This document shows, piece by piece, positions 10,030-20,598 of a stretch of 64,000 nt of DNA. The translations under genes and the position numbers were made by a program. The stretch comes from an uncultured Chloroflexia bacterium (GTDB lineage Bacteria > Chloroflexota > Limnocylindria > Limnocylindrales > CSP1-4), in assembly GCA_963819655.1 (NCBI GenBank), contig CAWFXA010000003.1, forward strand, positions 416,001 through 480,000, in the 5' to 3' direction. The notes below the pieces were generated by a model, which saw only the letters and a list, made by a program, of their open reading frames with translations, was not told where the DNA came from and did not search any database. Positions within the stretch are counted from its first letter, which is position 1; every line of letters begins with the position of its first letter.

Positions 10030-10770
10030 ATGGGCTATGCCGACGGGCTGCTCTCGACCGGGGAGCGAATCCTGCACCGCGAGAAGCAGCACTGGTTCGT
10101 GTTCATCTGGGGGGCGCGCTACACGATCCTGGCGGTGATCATCGCCGTGATCCTGCTCGTCCTCAAGGGCAGCCTGTCGCAGCCGTGGCAGGACATCCTC
10201 AACTACGCCGCGATCGCGCTGTTCCTCGGCGGCCTGGTTGTCCTGCTCTGGACGATCCTCCAGTACATCAATCTCGAGTACGTGGTCACGAACCGACGCG
10301 TCATCGAGGTCTCGGGCGTCCTCAACAAGCGAACGACAGACTCGTCGCTCGAGAAGATCAACGACGCGGTGCTGACCCAATCGATCTTCGGTCGGATCTT
10401 CGGCTTCGGCGATCTCGACATCCTGACCGCCTCTGAATCCGGGATCAGCCGCTTCCGCATGCTCGTTCAGCCCGTCCGGTTCAAGCGCGCCATGCTCGAT
10501 GCCAAGCATGAGTACGAGCGGGATATCGAGGGAAGCGGCTATGCCGCCAGCCCGCCGCTCCGCAGCGAGCCGGTCGTGGTCGGCCAGCCGCCGACCGACG
10601 ACACGGTGTCGACGCCCGTGCCGCCGGCGCCGCCGGCTCCGGCCGCCGCGCCGCTGTCTCGCGACGAGGTGACCCGGACGCTCAACAGCCTGGCCGATCT
10701 GCGTGATCGAGGGGCCATCAGCGCGGACGAGTTCGAGCGCAAGAAGGCCGACCTGCTCGGGCGTCTCTGA
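10030..10770 (+). CDS. Membrane protein with bacterial PH domain and C-terminal SHOCT domain
   Basis: Two TM helices; YVVTNRRVI..SGVL, GRIFGFGDL.I; LADLRDRGAISADEFERKKADLL; GGAGG upstream. Confidence 0.85.
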   Translation: MGYADGLLSTGERILHREKQHWFVFIWGARYTILAVIIAVILLVLKGSLSQPWQDILNYAAIALFLGGLVVLLWTILQYINLEYVVTNRRVIEVSGVLNKRTTDSSLEKINDAVLTQSIFGRIFGFGDLDILTASESGISRFRMLVQPVRFKRAMLDAKHEYERDIEGSGYAASPPLRSEPVVVGQPPTDDTVSTPVPPAPPAPAAAPLSRDEVTRTLNSLADLRDRGAISADEFERKKADLLGRL

Positions 10771-10821
10771 CCCTGACCGACCGCGCGGCTACGATACGCG
10801 GGACCCCGTTAGAGGAACCCC

Positions 10822-11490
10822 GTGTCCGACCAACTGCTCGCGTCCATCATCGTCGTCGCCATCATGTTGCTCGTGGGCTTCCCGGTCCACGAGTTCGCAC
10901 ATGCGCTGGCGGCCTATCGACTCGGGGATAGCACCGCCCGCCTGATGGGCAGGCTCACGCTCAACCCGATCGTCCACTTCGACCCGCTCGGCGGGATCCT
11001 GCTGGCGGTCACGTTCATCGGCAGCTCGTTGTCCGGGGGAGCGTTCGGGTTCGGCTGGGCGAAACCGACCCCGGTCAACCCCAACAACCTCGAGGGCGGA
11101 CGATCCGGCGAGGCGATCGTCGCGGCAGCCGGCCCGTTCTCGAACCTCGTGTTGGCCGTTGCCGCCGCGCTGCCGATCCGCTACATCCTCGCGAACCCTG
11201 AGCTCGAGGCCCAGATCCCGTCGATGGTCCTCCTGGTCCTGTTCTATTTCGTGCTGATCAACCTCGTGCTGATGGTGTTCAACCTGTTCCCTGTCCCGCC
11301 GCTCGACGGTTCGAAGGTCCTCTTCGCCTTGCTGCCTCCGCAGCTTGCGTGGCGTTGGCGGCCAGTCCTCGAGCAGTACGGGTTCGTGCTGTTGCTGCTG
11401 CTCTTCTTCTTCCCGCCGGGTAACTCGATCGGCGGGCGCATCGTCAGCCCGATCATCGATGGCATCTTCCGTCTCCTGGTGGGCGTCTAA
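10822..11490 (+). CDS. Site-2 protease family (M50) membrane metalloprotease
   Basis: HEFAH, GWAKP, AGPFSN, FNLFPVPPLDG. Confidence 0.95.
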   Translation: MSDQLLASIIVVAIMLLVGFPVHEFAHALAAYRLGDSTARLMGRLTLNPIVHFDPLGGILLAVTFIGSSLSGGAFGFGWAKPTPVNPNNLEGGRSGEAIVAAAGPFSNLVLAVAAALPIRYILANPELEAQIPSMVLLVLFYFVLINLVLMVFNLFPVPPLDGSKVLFALLPPQLAWRWRPVLEQYGFVLLLLLFFFPPGNSIGGRIVSPIIDGIFRLLVGV

Positions 11491-11959
11491 GGTCCGCCAG
11501 TTCCGGTCGCACGTCCGGGCTCGGGTCGGCCCGGAGGAGCGCGCCGGACTGGCGGCCTGGCTCACACCCGCACAGCTCGCGCTCTTCGATTCGATGCATG
11601 TCGCCGACCGGCGCCACGGCCTCGACGTCGTCGCCACCCTGCGCAAGGACGGCGCGGCCGACGACGATCTGCTCGTCGCGGGTCTGCTCCACGACGCCGG
11701 GAAGGGTCACACCGGCGTCTGGCCGAGGGTCGCCTACGCTCTCGGGCAGACGTACGGGGCATGGGTGTGGCGTGTGGCCGGGATCGTCCCCGGCTGGCGG
11801 CCAGTCCTGGCCCGCCTCCGCGACCATGCCGCGTTCTCCGCACGGCTGGCCGGCGAGGCGGGCTGCTCGGCTCGGACCGTCGAGCTGATCCGGCACCAGG
11901 ACGCCCCGCTGGACCCCGACGCCGGGCGCGCACTCCAGCTCGCGGACGAGGCCAACTGA
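11459..11959 (+). CDS. Small HD-domain protein
   Basis: DRRHGLDV, AGLLHDAGK, DHA, RHQ, LADE; start uncertain. Confidence 0.8.
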   Translation: MASSVSWWASKVRQFRSHVRARVGPEERAGLAAWLTPAQLALFDSMHVADRRHGLDVVATLRKDGAADDDLLVAGLLHDAGKGHTGVWPRVAYALGQTYGAWVWRVAGIVPGWRPVLARLRDHAAFSARLAGEAGCSARTVELIRHQDAPLDPDAGRALQLADEAN

Positions 11960-12831
11960 TGGTCGCGGACGTCAATGGATCGCCCGGCGTGCCGGTGATG
12001 ACCCCCGGGGCGACGGCCGTTCGCATCGGTGATGGGCGGCCCGAGAGCTCGACCCATGTGCAGGTCGCGACGTTCGACGGACCGCTGGCACTGCTCTTGT
12101 CGCTCATCGAGGCCCGCCAGCTCGACGTGCTGACCGTGCCGTTGGGCGGCCTGGCCGACGCCTATCTCGAGGCGCTCGCCGGGCTCGAGGTCGATCGCCT
12201 CGGCAACATCAGCGCGTTCGTCGCGGTGGCCTCGCAGTTGATCCTCATCAAGAGCCGCGCGATGTTGCCGCGACCCCCGGCGATCGAGCCGGGCTCACTC
12301 GACACCGATGACGCGCCCGACCCCGAGGCGGAGCTGCGCAAGCGTCTGATCCTGTACCGCGCCCACCGTGACGCCGGTCTGCGTCTGGCGGAGGGCGCGC
12401 TGGAGCGGATCGGCCTGTTCCGCCGCGAGCCCGGCGCGGCCCGCGCCGCCGGCATGGCCGGTGCCCGGCCGGCCGACGCGCCGCCGATCGATCCGGGTCG
12501 TCTCGCCGGGGCGCTCGCCCATCTCGCGCTGATCGCGCCACCGCCCGACCCACCACAGGAGGTCATGCCGCGCACGATCACCCTGACCGAGCGCGCGGCG
12601 ATCATCCGGGCTGCCCTGCGCGATGCACCGGCGATCGTCCTCCAGGACCTGCTCGCCGGCGTCCGCGACCGGGTGATCGTCGCGGTGACGTTCCTCGCTC
12701 TCCTCGAGCTGATGAAGCGACGCGAGATCGTCGTCGAGCAGGACGAGCCGTGGGGTCCGATCGTCGCCCGCGCGACCGGCGACGTCATCGACGACTCGCC
12801 GCTCGACGAGTCGCTGGAGTCCTTCGCATGA
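11959..12831 (+). CDS. scpA: Segregation/condensation protein A
   Basis: FDGPLALLLSLI, IKSRAMLP, VTFLALLELMK. Confidence 0.93.
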   Translation: MVADVNGSPGVPVMTPGATAVRIGDGRPESSTHVQVATFDGPLALLLSLIEARQLDVLTVPLGGLADAYLEALAGLEVDRLGNISAFVAVASQLILIKSRAMLPRPPAIEPGSLDTDDAPDPEAELRKRLILYRAHRDAGLRLAEGALERIGLFRREPGAARAAGMAGARPADAPPIDPGRLAGALAHLALIAPPPDPPQEVMPRTITLTERAAIIRAALRDAPAIVLQDLLAGVRDRVIVAVTFLALLELMKRREIVVEQDEPWGPIVARATGDVIDDSPLDESLESFA

Positions 12832-13514
12832 CCGACGAGCTCGACCTGGTGGTGGGCGTCGCGGGCGACGGCCTCGAGGCCGACGAGGGGCTCGCGTCGC
12901 CGGAGGAGGGGGCGGCGCCGTCCGAGGATCGTCCGCCGCTCGAGCTGACCGAAACCGCGCTCGAGGCTCTGCTCTTCGTCGCCGAGCGGCCGCTGAGCCG
13001 CCGCGAGATCGCGTCGCTCGCCGGCGTCGATCACGACACCGTGGACCAGCGCCTCGGAGACCTCGAAGTCACGCTCGCACAGCGCGGGATCCGCCTCATC
13101 CTCGATGGCGACAGGGTCGAGCTCGCGACGGCACCGGAGGCCGGCGCGCTGGTCGCTCGGTACGTCGGGGTGGACGCGATCCGGCTGTCACCCGCGAGCC
13201 TGGAAACCCTCGCGATCGTCGCCTACCGCCAACCCGTCACGCGTGCGGCCATCGAGCGTATCCGCGGCGTCGACTCGGACTACACGGTCCGGTCGCTGCT
13301 GCACCGGCGGCTGATCGTGGAGCTCGGTCGATCCGATGCGCCGGGCCGGCCGTTCCTGTACGGCACCGGCTTCGACTTCCTGGAGCGGTTCGGGCTGACC
13401 AGCCTCACCGAGCTCCCACCGGTGGATGTCGACGTCGCCGCGCGCTTGGCCGAGGAAGGCGGCGAGGCCGTGACGGAGCCCATGTTCCCGGACGACGTCC
13501 CAGCCGAGGCCTGA
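12828..13514 (+). CDS. scpB: Segregation/condensation protein B
   Basis: EALLFV, LSPASLETLAIVAYRQPVTR..IERIRGV, PGRPFLYGT..FLERFGL. Confidence 0.96.
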   Translation: MTDELDLVVGVAGDGLEADEGLASPEEGAAPSEDRPPLELTETALEALLFVAERPLSRREIASLAGVDHDTVDQRLGDLEVTLAQRGIRLILDGDRVELATAPEAGALVARYVGVDAIRLSPASLETLAIVAYRQPVTRAAIERIRGVDSDYTVRSLLHRRLIVELGRSDAPGRPFLYGTGFDFLERFGLTSLTELPPVDVDVAARLAEEGGEAVTEPMFPDDVPAEA

Positions 13515-14362
13515 TGCCGCCGGAGCGACTCCAGAAGGTGCTCGCAGCGGCCGGCGTCGCCTCTCGCCGGGCGGCGGAGTCGATGATCGCGTCGGGCCGC
13601 GTCACCGTCGACGGCAAAGTGGCGACGCTCGGCACGCAAGCAGATCCCGATCGATCGGTCATCGCGGTCGACGGGCGGGTCATCGGGTCGGCTGTGGCTC
13701 ACGCGTACCTGTTGCTGCACAAGCCGGCGGGGGTCACCTCGACGACCCGCGATCGCCATGCCGAGACGACCGTGCTGGACCTCGTCCCGACCGCCCTCGT
13801 GCCGGACGGGGCGCTGCTCTACCCGGTCGGCCGCCTGGACCAGGACAGCGAAGGGATGCTGCTCCTGACCAACGACGGGGCGTGGGCCGATCGGGTGCTG
13901 CACCCGCGCCACGGCGTGGAACGCGAGTACGCGATCGGCCTGGAACGGCCGCTCGGCGACGACCAGGTGGCGGCGTTGCAGGCCGGGATCCGGCTGGACG
14001 AGGGTCGCGCGACGGTCGGCGGCCTGCGCGCCATGACCCGGATCGAGGTCGAGCGGCTCGGCGACCTGCTGCGACCGACCCCGCCCGAGCTGGTCTGGTA
14101 CCGGGCGACACTGACGCAGGGCTGGAAACGGCAGCTGCGCCGGATGTTCGGCGCGATCGGTGCCCCGGTCGCGCGCCTCGTGCGTGTCCGGATCGGCCCG
14201 GTTCGTATCGACGGCCTCCGCAGCGGCGCGATCCGGCCTCTCAAGGCACCGGAGATGCGTGGCCTGGGCGCCGGCGGCGGGCGCTCTCGGTCCGCGCCAC
14301 CTCCATCGGACAAGGCAAGGAGTGACGATGGGCTTCCTGCGACGCGTCCTCGGCGGCGCTGA
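13514..14362 (+). CDS. rluB: 23S rRNA pseudouridine synthase (RluB/RsuA family)
   Basis: S4 domain ERLQKVLA..GVASRR; PVGRLDQDSEG.LLLTNDG; position after scpB. Confidence 0.9.
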   Translation: MPPERLQKVLAAAGVASRRAAESMIASGRVTVDGKVATLGTQADPDRSVIAVDGRVIGSAVAHAYLLLHKPAGVTSTTRDRHAETTVLDLVPTALVPDGALLYPVGRLDQDSEGMLLLTNDGAWADRVLHPRHGVEREYAIGLERPLGDDQVAALQAGIRLDEGRATVGGLRAMTRIEVERLGDLLRPTPPELVWYRATLTQGWKRQLRRMFGAIGAPVARLVRVRIGPVRIDGLRSGAIRPLKAPEMRGLGAGGGRSRSAPPPSDKARSDDGLPATRPRRR

Positions 14363-15275
14363 GCCACAGCTCCCGGACTGGTCGCCGTTCGACGACGGGC
14401 GTACGCACCAGGCGTTCCTCGACGCGGTCGAGGCCGACCTGCGGCGGCGCGGGATCTCGTTCACGATCGACGAGGGCGTCGTCCTCGTGCCCACCGACGG
14501 CGAGGACGAACCCGGCCAGTTCGGCCTCGCGAACCTGTCCCAGCAGTGCGCGGCCGACGACCGTGAGGACTGGCCGCGGATCATCGCGACGCACTTCACG
14601 AGTGTTTTCTCGATCCAGGGCCGCGACCTCGATGCCCTCGCCGCGGACTACGAGCAGGTGCGACCCATCCTTCGGATCCGTCTCATGCCGGATGAGTCGA
14701 TGGGCGGCGTCGGCGTCCCCGGCGCCACAGTCCGGGCCATCGCGCCGGGCATCCAGGCGGTCCTCGTGTACGACTTCCCGGATTCGACGGCATCGGTCCA
14801 CGTGGAGCACCTGGCGGAGTGGCCGGTCGACGAGGACGCGGCGTTCGCGCAGGCCCTGGCGAACCTGGACCACGAACCGAAGCCGCTCAGCGAGGACATG
14901 GAGGTCGAGCCCGGGACGTCGGTGCGGATCCTGTACGGCGACAGCTTCTACGTCGCGACCCAGGTGCTGCGCCTCGGTGACGTCCTGCCGTCGGGCACGA
15001 CCGATGCCCTCGTCGCGGTCCCGAACCGCCACACGCTGATCGTCCACCCGATCGTCGATGGCGGCGCGGTCGCGGCCATGCAGCCGCTCTACCGGCTCGC
15101 CGCGCAGCTCTTCCGCGAAGGGCCCGGCTCGATCAGCGACCAGCCGTACTGGTGGCACGACGGAGGGCTCGAGGTCATCCCGCACCACGTGAAGGGCCGC
15201 GACGTCACGGTCGTGCCACCGGACGGGTTGCTGGCTGTCTTCGAGCGCGTCATCGCCCGGACCGAGGGCCGCTGA
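14328..15275 (+). CDS. Hypothetical protein (weak resemblance to DUF1444-type proteins)
   Basis: AAGGAG upstream of ATG; typical codon usage; LVAVPNRHTLIVH motif. Confidence 0.7.
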   Translation: MGFLRRVLGGAEPQLPDWSPFDDGRTHQAFLDAVEADLRRRGISFTIDEGVVLVPTDGEDEPGQFGLANLSQQCAADDREDWPRIIATHFTSVFSIQGRDLDALAADYEQVRPILRIRLMPDESMGGVGVPGATVRAIAPGIQAVLVYDFPDSTASVHVEHLAEWPVDEDAAFAQALANLDHEPKPLSEDMEVEPGTSVRILYGDSFYVATQVLRLGDVLPSGTTDALVAVPNRHTLIVHPIVDGGAVAAMQPLYRLAAQLFREGPGSISDQPYWWHDGGLEVIPHHVKGRDVTVVPPDGLLAVFERVIARTEGR

Positions 15276-15292
15276 CCGCTATCCTTCGGGCC

Positions 15293-15988
15293 ATGGAGCG
15301 ATTGGTCGTCGCCCTCGACGGACCCGGCTCGTCGGGCAAGAGCAGTGTCGGCGCCGCCGCGGCGCGCGAAGTCGGCTACCGGTTCTGCGATACCGGCCTG
15401 CTGTACCGCGCCGTCACATGGCTGGCGGAAGCGCGAGGCGTGCCGGTCGATGACCCCGAGGGGCTCGTCGACCTCGTCGCCGGCGTCGAGCTCGCCGAGG
15501 ATGCGGCCGGACGTCTCGAACGCGTGCGCGTTGACGGCGTGGACCACACGGCCGATGTCCGCGGTCCCGCGGTCGATGCGGCCGTGTCCGCGGTGTCGGC
15601 CGTCCCCGAGGTCCGTGCCGCCCTGCTGGCGCGCCAGCGCGACCTGGCTGCCGGCGGCGGGATCGTGATGGCCGGCCGGGACATCGGCACGGTCGTGCTG
15701 CCCGACGCCGACCTGAAGATCTATCTCGACGCATCAGTCGACGAGCGCGCTCGCCGGCGCGCCGAGGAGCGCGGCCTCGATCCCGACGGGCCTGCAGGGA
15801 TCGCCATCCTCGAGGCGCTGCGGCGCCGCGATCGGCTCGACACGACCCGCGCGGTGGCGCCGTTGCGTGTGGCGCCCGACGCGCGGGTGATCACGACCGA
15901 CGGGAACACCTTCGAGCAGACCGTCGATGCCGTGGTCGGGGCGATCCGCGATGCGGAGGCCCGCCTGGAGCCGGCCCGCTCATCGTGA
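15293..15988 (+). CDS. cmk: Cytidylate kinase
   Basis: LDGPGSSGKSS, DTGLLYRA, GRDIGTVVLPDA.LKIYLDAS, RRD. Confidence 0.96.
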   Translation: MERLVVALDGPGSSGKSSVGAAAAREVGYRFCDTGLLYRAVTWLAEARGVPVDDPEGLVDLVAGVELAEDAAGRLERVRVDGVDHTADVRGPAVDAAVSAVSAVPEVRAALLARQRDLAAGGGIVMAGRDIGTVVLPDADLKIYLDASVDERARRRAEERGLDPDGPAGIAILEALRRRDRLDTTRAVAPLRVAPDARVITTDGNTFEQTVDAVVGAIRDAEARLEPARSS

Positions 15989-16737
15989 CCGGAGGGCAGC
16001 GACCGACGACGCCGATCGTCGATGACATCGCGCCGTGGATGAGCGCGCTCGCAGGGGCGGTGCGTGTCGGGCTGGCGGGTCTGACCCGGGTTCGGGTCGA
16101 GGGAGCGATCGATGAGATCCCGCGTACCGGGCCGGTGATCATCGCGGCGAACCACAGCTCGAACCTGGACGTGCCGGTCCTCGGCTCGTCGCTCATGCCG
16201 AAGCTCGGCCGGCGGCTGCAATGGCTGGGCAAGAAGGAGCTGTTCGACTGGCCGGTCGTCGGCTGGATCGCCCGCAATGGCGGGGTCCACGCGGTCGACC
16301 GCTCATCGGCCGACGTCGAGGCGTTCCGGCTCGCCTCCCGCATCCTCGAGGAGGGGCACGCGCTGTTCGTGTTCCCCGAGGGGACGCGCAGCCACGACGG
16401 GACACTGGGGGAGGGTCGCGACGGGGTGGCGGTGCTGGCCCTGCGGACCGGAGCACCGATCGTCCCAGTCGGCGTGACGGGGGCCTACGAGCGCTGGCCG
16501 CGGGGCCAGAAACTGCCACACCCGGGTGGTCGCGTCACGGCCCGCGTCGGCTCCCCGTTCCGCCTCGCAGACGCCCTGCCGCCCGGCCTGGACCGCCGTG
16601 CGGCGAAGACCGAGGCGACGGAGCTGATCATGCGGCGCATCGCGGAGCTCCTGCCTGAGCGGCAGCGAGGGCAGTACGGCACGGCGCCGACCGGACAGGC
16701 TTCGCAGAACCGCCCTGAACGGGGCCCCGTGGGATAA
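15985..16737 (+). CDS. plsC: 1-acyl-sn-glycerol-3-phosphate acyltransferase
   Basis: NHSSNLD, FPEGTRS, APIVPV. Confidence 0.92.
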   Translation: MTGGQRPTTPIVDDIAPWMSALAGAVRVGLAGLTRVRVEGAIDEIPRTGPVIIAANHSSNLDVPVLGSSLMPKLGRRLQWLGKKELFDWPVVGWIARNGGVHAVDRSSADVEAFRLASRILEEGHALFVFPEGTRSHDGTLGEGRDGVAVLALRTGAPIVPVGVTGAYERWPRGQKLPHPGGRVTARVGSPFRLADALPPGLDRRAAKTEATELIMRRIAELLPERQRGQYGTAPTGQASQNRPERGPVG

Positions 16738-16744
16738 TCGGATC

Positions 16745-17722
16745 GTGGGAACGGTCCAGGAGGTCCGCATCGCGAAGCGGACCGGCTTCTGTTACGGAGT
16801 GCGCGAGGCGATCGACAAGGCCAAGGAGGCCTCGGCCGCCGGGAAGGCGACGCATACCCTCGGACAGGTCGTCCACAACGAGGGCGTCGTCCGCGACCTC
16901 CAGCAGATGGGCATCCAGACCGTCGAAACGCTCGACGACGTCGACCACGGTGCGGCCGTCGTGATCCGCGCGCACGGTGTGCGGCCGGACGTCATGGCCC
17001 GCGCCGAGGAGCGCGGCCTCGAAGTCATCGACGGCACCTGCACGTGGGTGATCCAGGAGCAGAAAGAGCTCGTCCGCCTCGTCGAGGAGGGCTACACGAT
17101 CGTCATCCTCGGGACACCCCAGCATCCCGAAGTCGTCGGCCTGCTCGGTTTCGCGCCAGACGCGATCGTCGTCGACGAGGAAGAGGAGTGGGATGCCGGC
17201 ATCCCACGCAAGAAGCGGATGGCATTGCTCTCCCAGTCGACCCAGCCGCCCTGGAAGTTCGAGAAGCTCGCCGCGCTCATGGTGTCCCGCGCGCACGAGC
17301 TCAAGATCGTGAACACGGTCTGCCCGGTCACGATCCGCCGCCAACAGGACACGATGGAGACCGCTGCCGACGTCGACCTCATGGTCGTGGTCGGTGGCCG
17401 ATCGAGCGCGAACACGAAGGAGCTGACGCGTCTGTGCGAGATCGCCGGGACGCCGGCCATCCAGATCGAGAACGTGCGCGATCTGACCGATGAGTCGGTG
17501 TTCGCGAACGCGAGGATCGTCGGTGTGACGGGCGGCACCTCGACGCCGATCGAAGACTTGCGCGACGTGACCCGCCGGATCCTCGAGTTGGCCGGAACGA
17601 GCGAGACCGCTCCCCACGCCGACGAGCTCGCCGACGCGGCGCTGGGTCGTGCCGCGACCCCAGCCGGACGGACGACCTCGCTGCCCGACGCGATCTCGAG
17701 ACCGACCACCGGCGCGGCGTAG
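16745..17722 (+). CDS. ispH: 4-hydroxy-3-methylbut-2-enyl diphosphate reductase
   Basis: GFCYGV, VHN, RAHG, DGTC, HPEV, NTVC, SSANT, GGTSTP. Confidence 0.96.
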   Translation: MGTVQEVRIAKRTGFCYGVREAIDKAKEASAAGKATHTLGQVVHNEGVVRDLQQMGIQTVETLDDVDHGAAVVIRAHGVRPDVMARAEERGLEVIDGTCTWVIQEQKELVRLVEEGYTIVILGTPQHPEVVGLLGFAPDAIVVDEEEEWDAGIPRKKRMALLSQSTQPPWKFEKLAALMVSRAHELKIVNTVCPVTIRRQQDTMETAADVDLMVVVGGRSSANTKELTRLCEIAGTPAIQIENVRDLTDESVFANARIVGVTGGTSTPIEDLRDVTRRILELAGTSETAPHADELADAALGRAATPAGRTTSLPDAISRPTTGAA

Positions 17723-17724
17723 GC

Positions 17725-19389
17725 GTGGCCATCGGGCAACCCTCCGAGGACCGACGCGACGCTCCTGCGAGCCACAGGTCCTCGGTCTCGGGTCCGCGAC
17801 TGGGTGGGGCGCTGCCGATCGTGGCGATCGTCGGCCGGCCGAACGTCGGCAAGAGCACGCTCTTCAACCGGGTCATCGGGTCGCGCACCGCGATCGTGGA
17901 GGATCGGGCGCGGACGACGCGTGACCGGCTGTACGGCGACGCCGAGTGGAACGGCCGGCGGTTCGTCATCGTCGACACGGGCGGGCTCGAGGTCGACACC
18001 GACGACCCGATCGAGCTGCGCGTCCAGGAGCAGGCCCGGCTGGCCATCTCCGAGGCAGACGTCATCCTGTTCGTGGTCGATGCCGCGGCGGGCACGACAC
18101 CCGCCGACCTCGAGGCAGCTGAGCTTCTCAGACGGGCACCGGCGCCGGTGATCGTGGCCGTCAACAAGGCCGACAACGAGAAGCGCGAGATCGAGGCCGC
18201 CGAGTTCCACGCGATGGGCTGGGACGAGACCTATCCGATCTCCGCGAGCCACGGTCGTGGCACCGGCGACCTGCTCGACGCGATCGTCTGGGCGCTGCCG
18301 CCCGAGAGCCAGCAGGAGCTCGCCCGCAAGACGCGCGACGCCGAGGCGGAGGCGTGGGCCGATGAGGTCGCGACGGGCCGGCTCGAGCCATTCGTGGTCG
18401 GTGATCCCGAGGAGGACCTGGCTGGGGACGGCGAGGCCGCGATCGACGATACAGAGGCGGCACGCTGGGACGCCGCGATCGCGGCCGAGGCCGACACGGC
18501 ACCCGCGGCGATCGCGTTCGTCGGTCGCCCGAACGTGGGCAAGTCGAGCCTCGTGAACGCGCTGCTCGGCGAGGACCGGGCGATCGTGTCGGAGGTGCCC
18601 GGGACGACCCGCGACGCCATCGACACGCGCCTGGCGTGGGGTCGCAGCGAGGTCGTCCTGATCGACACCGCCGGCATCCGGCGACGGGGTAAGGTCGCCT
18701 CGGGAGCGGCGGCCGAGCGCTATTCGACGATGCGCGCGCTGACGGCGCTGTCACGTGCCGACGTCGCCGTCCTGGTCATCGATGCGGTCGAGGGCCTGAC
18801 CTCTCAGGACGCCCATGTCGCCGGCTATGCCGTCGAGGAGGGCAAGGGCCTGGTCATCGCGGTCAACAAGTGGGATCTCGTCGCCGACAAGACCGACCGC
18901 ACGTTCGACCAGTACATCGAGTGGATCAGGAACGATGCGCCGTTCCTCGAGTTCGCCCCGGTCGTGTCGATCAGCGCCAAGACCGGCCAGCGGGTCGGGC
19001 GCGTGCTCGAGCTCGCGGTCGATATCTGGGCGGAACGCCGCCGGCGCATACCGACCGCTGAATTGAACAGGGTCCTGATGGCGGCCACAGATCGGACGCC
19101 ACCGCCGCTCGTCCGCGGCAAGCGGGCGAAGCTCTACTACGCGACACAGGCGGCGATCAATCCGCCGACGTTCGTGTTCTTCGCATCTGACGCATCGGCC
19201 GTCCACTTTTCGTATCGCCGCTATCTCGAGAACCGGTTGCGCGAGACGTTCGGGTTCGACGGCACGCCGATCCGGTTGGTGTTCCGCGATCGCGCCTCGG
19301 TCAAGCTGCCGCGTCGCCGGAAGGCCCGATCATCTCCTTCGACGAAGGGCCGCCGGCTGTCCCCTTCACGAAATCGCCGACCGAGCTGA
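17725..19389 (+). CDS. der: Ribosome biogenesis GTPase Der (EngA)
   Basis: Two GRPNVGKS P-loops, DTGG/DTAG, NKAD/NKWD, KH-like C-terminus; start uncertain. Confidence 0.97.
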   Translation: MAIGQPSEDRRDAPASHRSSVSGPRLGGALPIVAIVGRPNVGKSTLFNRVIGSRTAIVEDRARTTRDRLYGDAEWNGRRFVIVDTGGLEVDTDDPIELRVQEQARLAISEADVILFVVDAAAGTTPADLEAAELLRRAPAPVIVAVNKADNEKREIEAAEFHAMGWDETYPISASHGRGTGDLLDAIVWALPPESQQELARKTRDAEAEAWADEVATGRLEPFVVGDPEEDLAGDGEAAIDDTEAARWDAAIAAEADTAPAAIAFVGRPNVGKSSLVNALLGEDRAIVSEVPGTTRDAIDTRLAWGRSEVVLIDTAGIRRRGKVASGAAAERYSTMRALTALSRADVAVLVIDAVEGLTSQDAHVAGYAVEEGKGLVIAVNKWDLVADKTDRTFDQYIEWIRNDAPFLEFAPVVSISAKTGQRVGRVLELAVDIWAERRRRIPTAELNRVLMAATDRTPPPLVRGKRAKLYYATQAAINPPTFVFFASDASAVHFSYRRYLENRLRETFGFDGTPIRLVFRDRASVKLPRRRKARSSPSTKGRRLSPSRNRRPS

Positions 19390-20405
19390 TGGACGACGCG
19401 CCCAGGGTCGCGGTCGTCGGAGCGGGGGCGTGGGGCACAACCGTCGCGGCGATCGTCGCCAGGCGTGAACCGGCGCTCATCGTCACCCACAGACCCGAGG
19501 TCGCCGACGAGATCAACGAGACGCACCGCAACGAGCGGCGGCTGCCGGGTATCGACCTGCCGGAGGCGCTGACGGCGACCGCCGATCCGACGAGGCTCGC
19601 CGAGGCGATCGACCTCGTGATCTTCGCTGCCCCCTCGTCGCACCTGCGGTCAGTCGTCGAGGGATCCGCGCCGTACGTCCCGCCGGGCGCCGATGTGCTG
19701 TCGATCGTGAAGGGCCTGGAGCGGGGCTCACTGCTGCGGATGAGCGAGGTCATCGCCGACGCCGGCGGGATCGACCCGGCGCGCATCGCGGCGCTGTCGG
19801 GGCCGAACCTCGCCTTGGAGATCGCGGGGGGTCTGCCCGCATCGGCCGTCGTCGCGGCGGAGGACCTCGAGGTGGCGACGCGCATCGCCGGGCGCCTCGG
19901 CCGGCGAGAGTTCCGGCTGTACGTGAATCGCGACATCCTCGGCGTGGAGTTGTGCGGCGCGCTCAAGAACGTGCTGGCGATCGCCGCCGGCGCCGCCGAC
20001 GGCCTCGGCTTCGGCGACAACGGCAAGGCCGGGCTGATGACCCGCGGCCTGGCCGAGATGATCCGGCTCGGCGCCGCCGCCGGCGCGAACCGCCTCACGT
20101 TCGCCGGGCTGGCTGGCATCGGGGACGTGATCGCGACTTGCGGGTCGCGGCTGTCGCGCAACCACCGGCTCGGCGAGGAGCTCGCGAAGGGCCGGCCGTG
20201 GGCGGAGATCGAGGCCACCCTGCCGGGGACGGCCGAGGGCGCCTACACCGTCGAAGCGGCCCTCGCCCTGGCCGATCGCTATGGCGTCGAGATGCCGATC
20301 GCGCAGGAGGTCTACCTGGCCCTGTTCGAGGGCAAGAGCGTCCAGCGTTGCCTGATCGACCTGCTGTCGCGCGAGTCCAAGGACGAGTTGCAGGACCTCG
20401 CCTGA
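19389..20405 (+). CDS. gpsA: NAD(P)H-dependent glycerol-3-phosphate dehydrogenase
   Basis: GAGAWGT, LSGPNLA.E, GALKNV.AIA, GLAGIGD...TC...SRN. Confidence 0.96.
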   Translation: MDDAPRVAVVGAGAWGTTVAAIVARREPALIVTHRPEVADEINETHRNERRLPGIDLPEALTATADPTRLAEAIDLVIFAAPSSHLRSVVEGSAPYVPPGADVLSIVKGLERGSLLRMSEVIADAGGIDPARIAALSGPNLALEIAGGLPASAVVAAEDLEVATRIAGRLGRREFRLYVNRDILGVELCGALKNVLAIAAGAADGLGFGDNGKAGLMTRGLAEMIRLGAAAGANRLTFAGLAGIGDVIATCGSRLSRNHRLGEELAKGRPWAEIEATLPGTAEGAYTVEAALALADRYGVEMPIAQEVYLALFEGKSVQRCLIDLLSRESKDELQDLA

Positions 20406-20459
20406 CGGCGGTCGGGCGGGCGGCCGGCCAGGGGGCGCGTGCTAGACTGCGGACCCCGT

Positions 20460-20536
20460 CGGGGCGTGGCGCAGTCTGGTAGCGCACCAGTCTGGGGGAC
20501 TGGTGGTCGTGGGTTCAAATCCCGCCGCCCCGACCA
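20460..20536 (+). tRNA. tRNA-Pro (GGG)
   Basis: Acceptor stem cggggcg/cgccccg, anticodon arm ccagt-ctGGGgg-actgg, T-loop ttcaaat, encoded CCA; TAGACT -10 upstream. Confidence 0.97.
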
Positions 20537-20598
20537 ATTCCCCCGCACTAACGTGCCTGGACCGATCCGGAACGTGGCGCCCAAGACAGGAGCGGTCC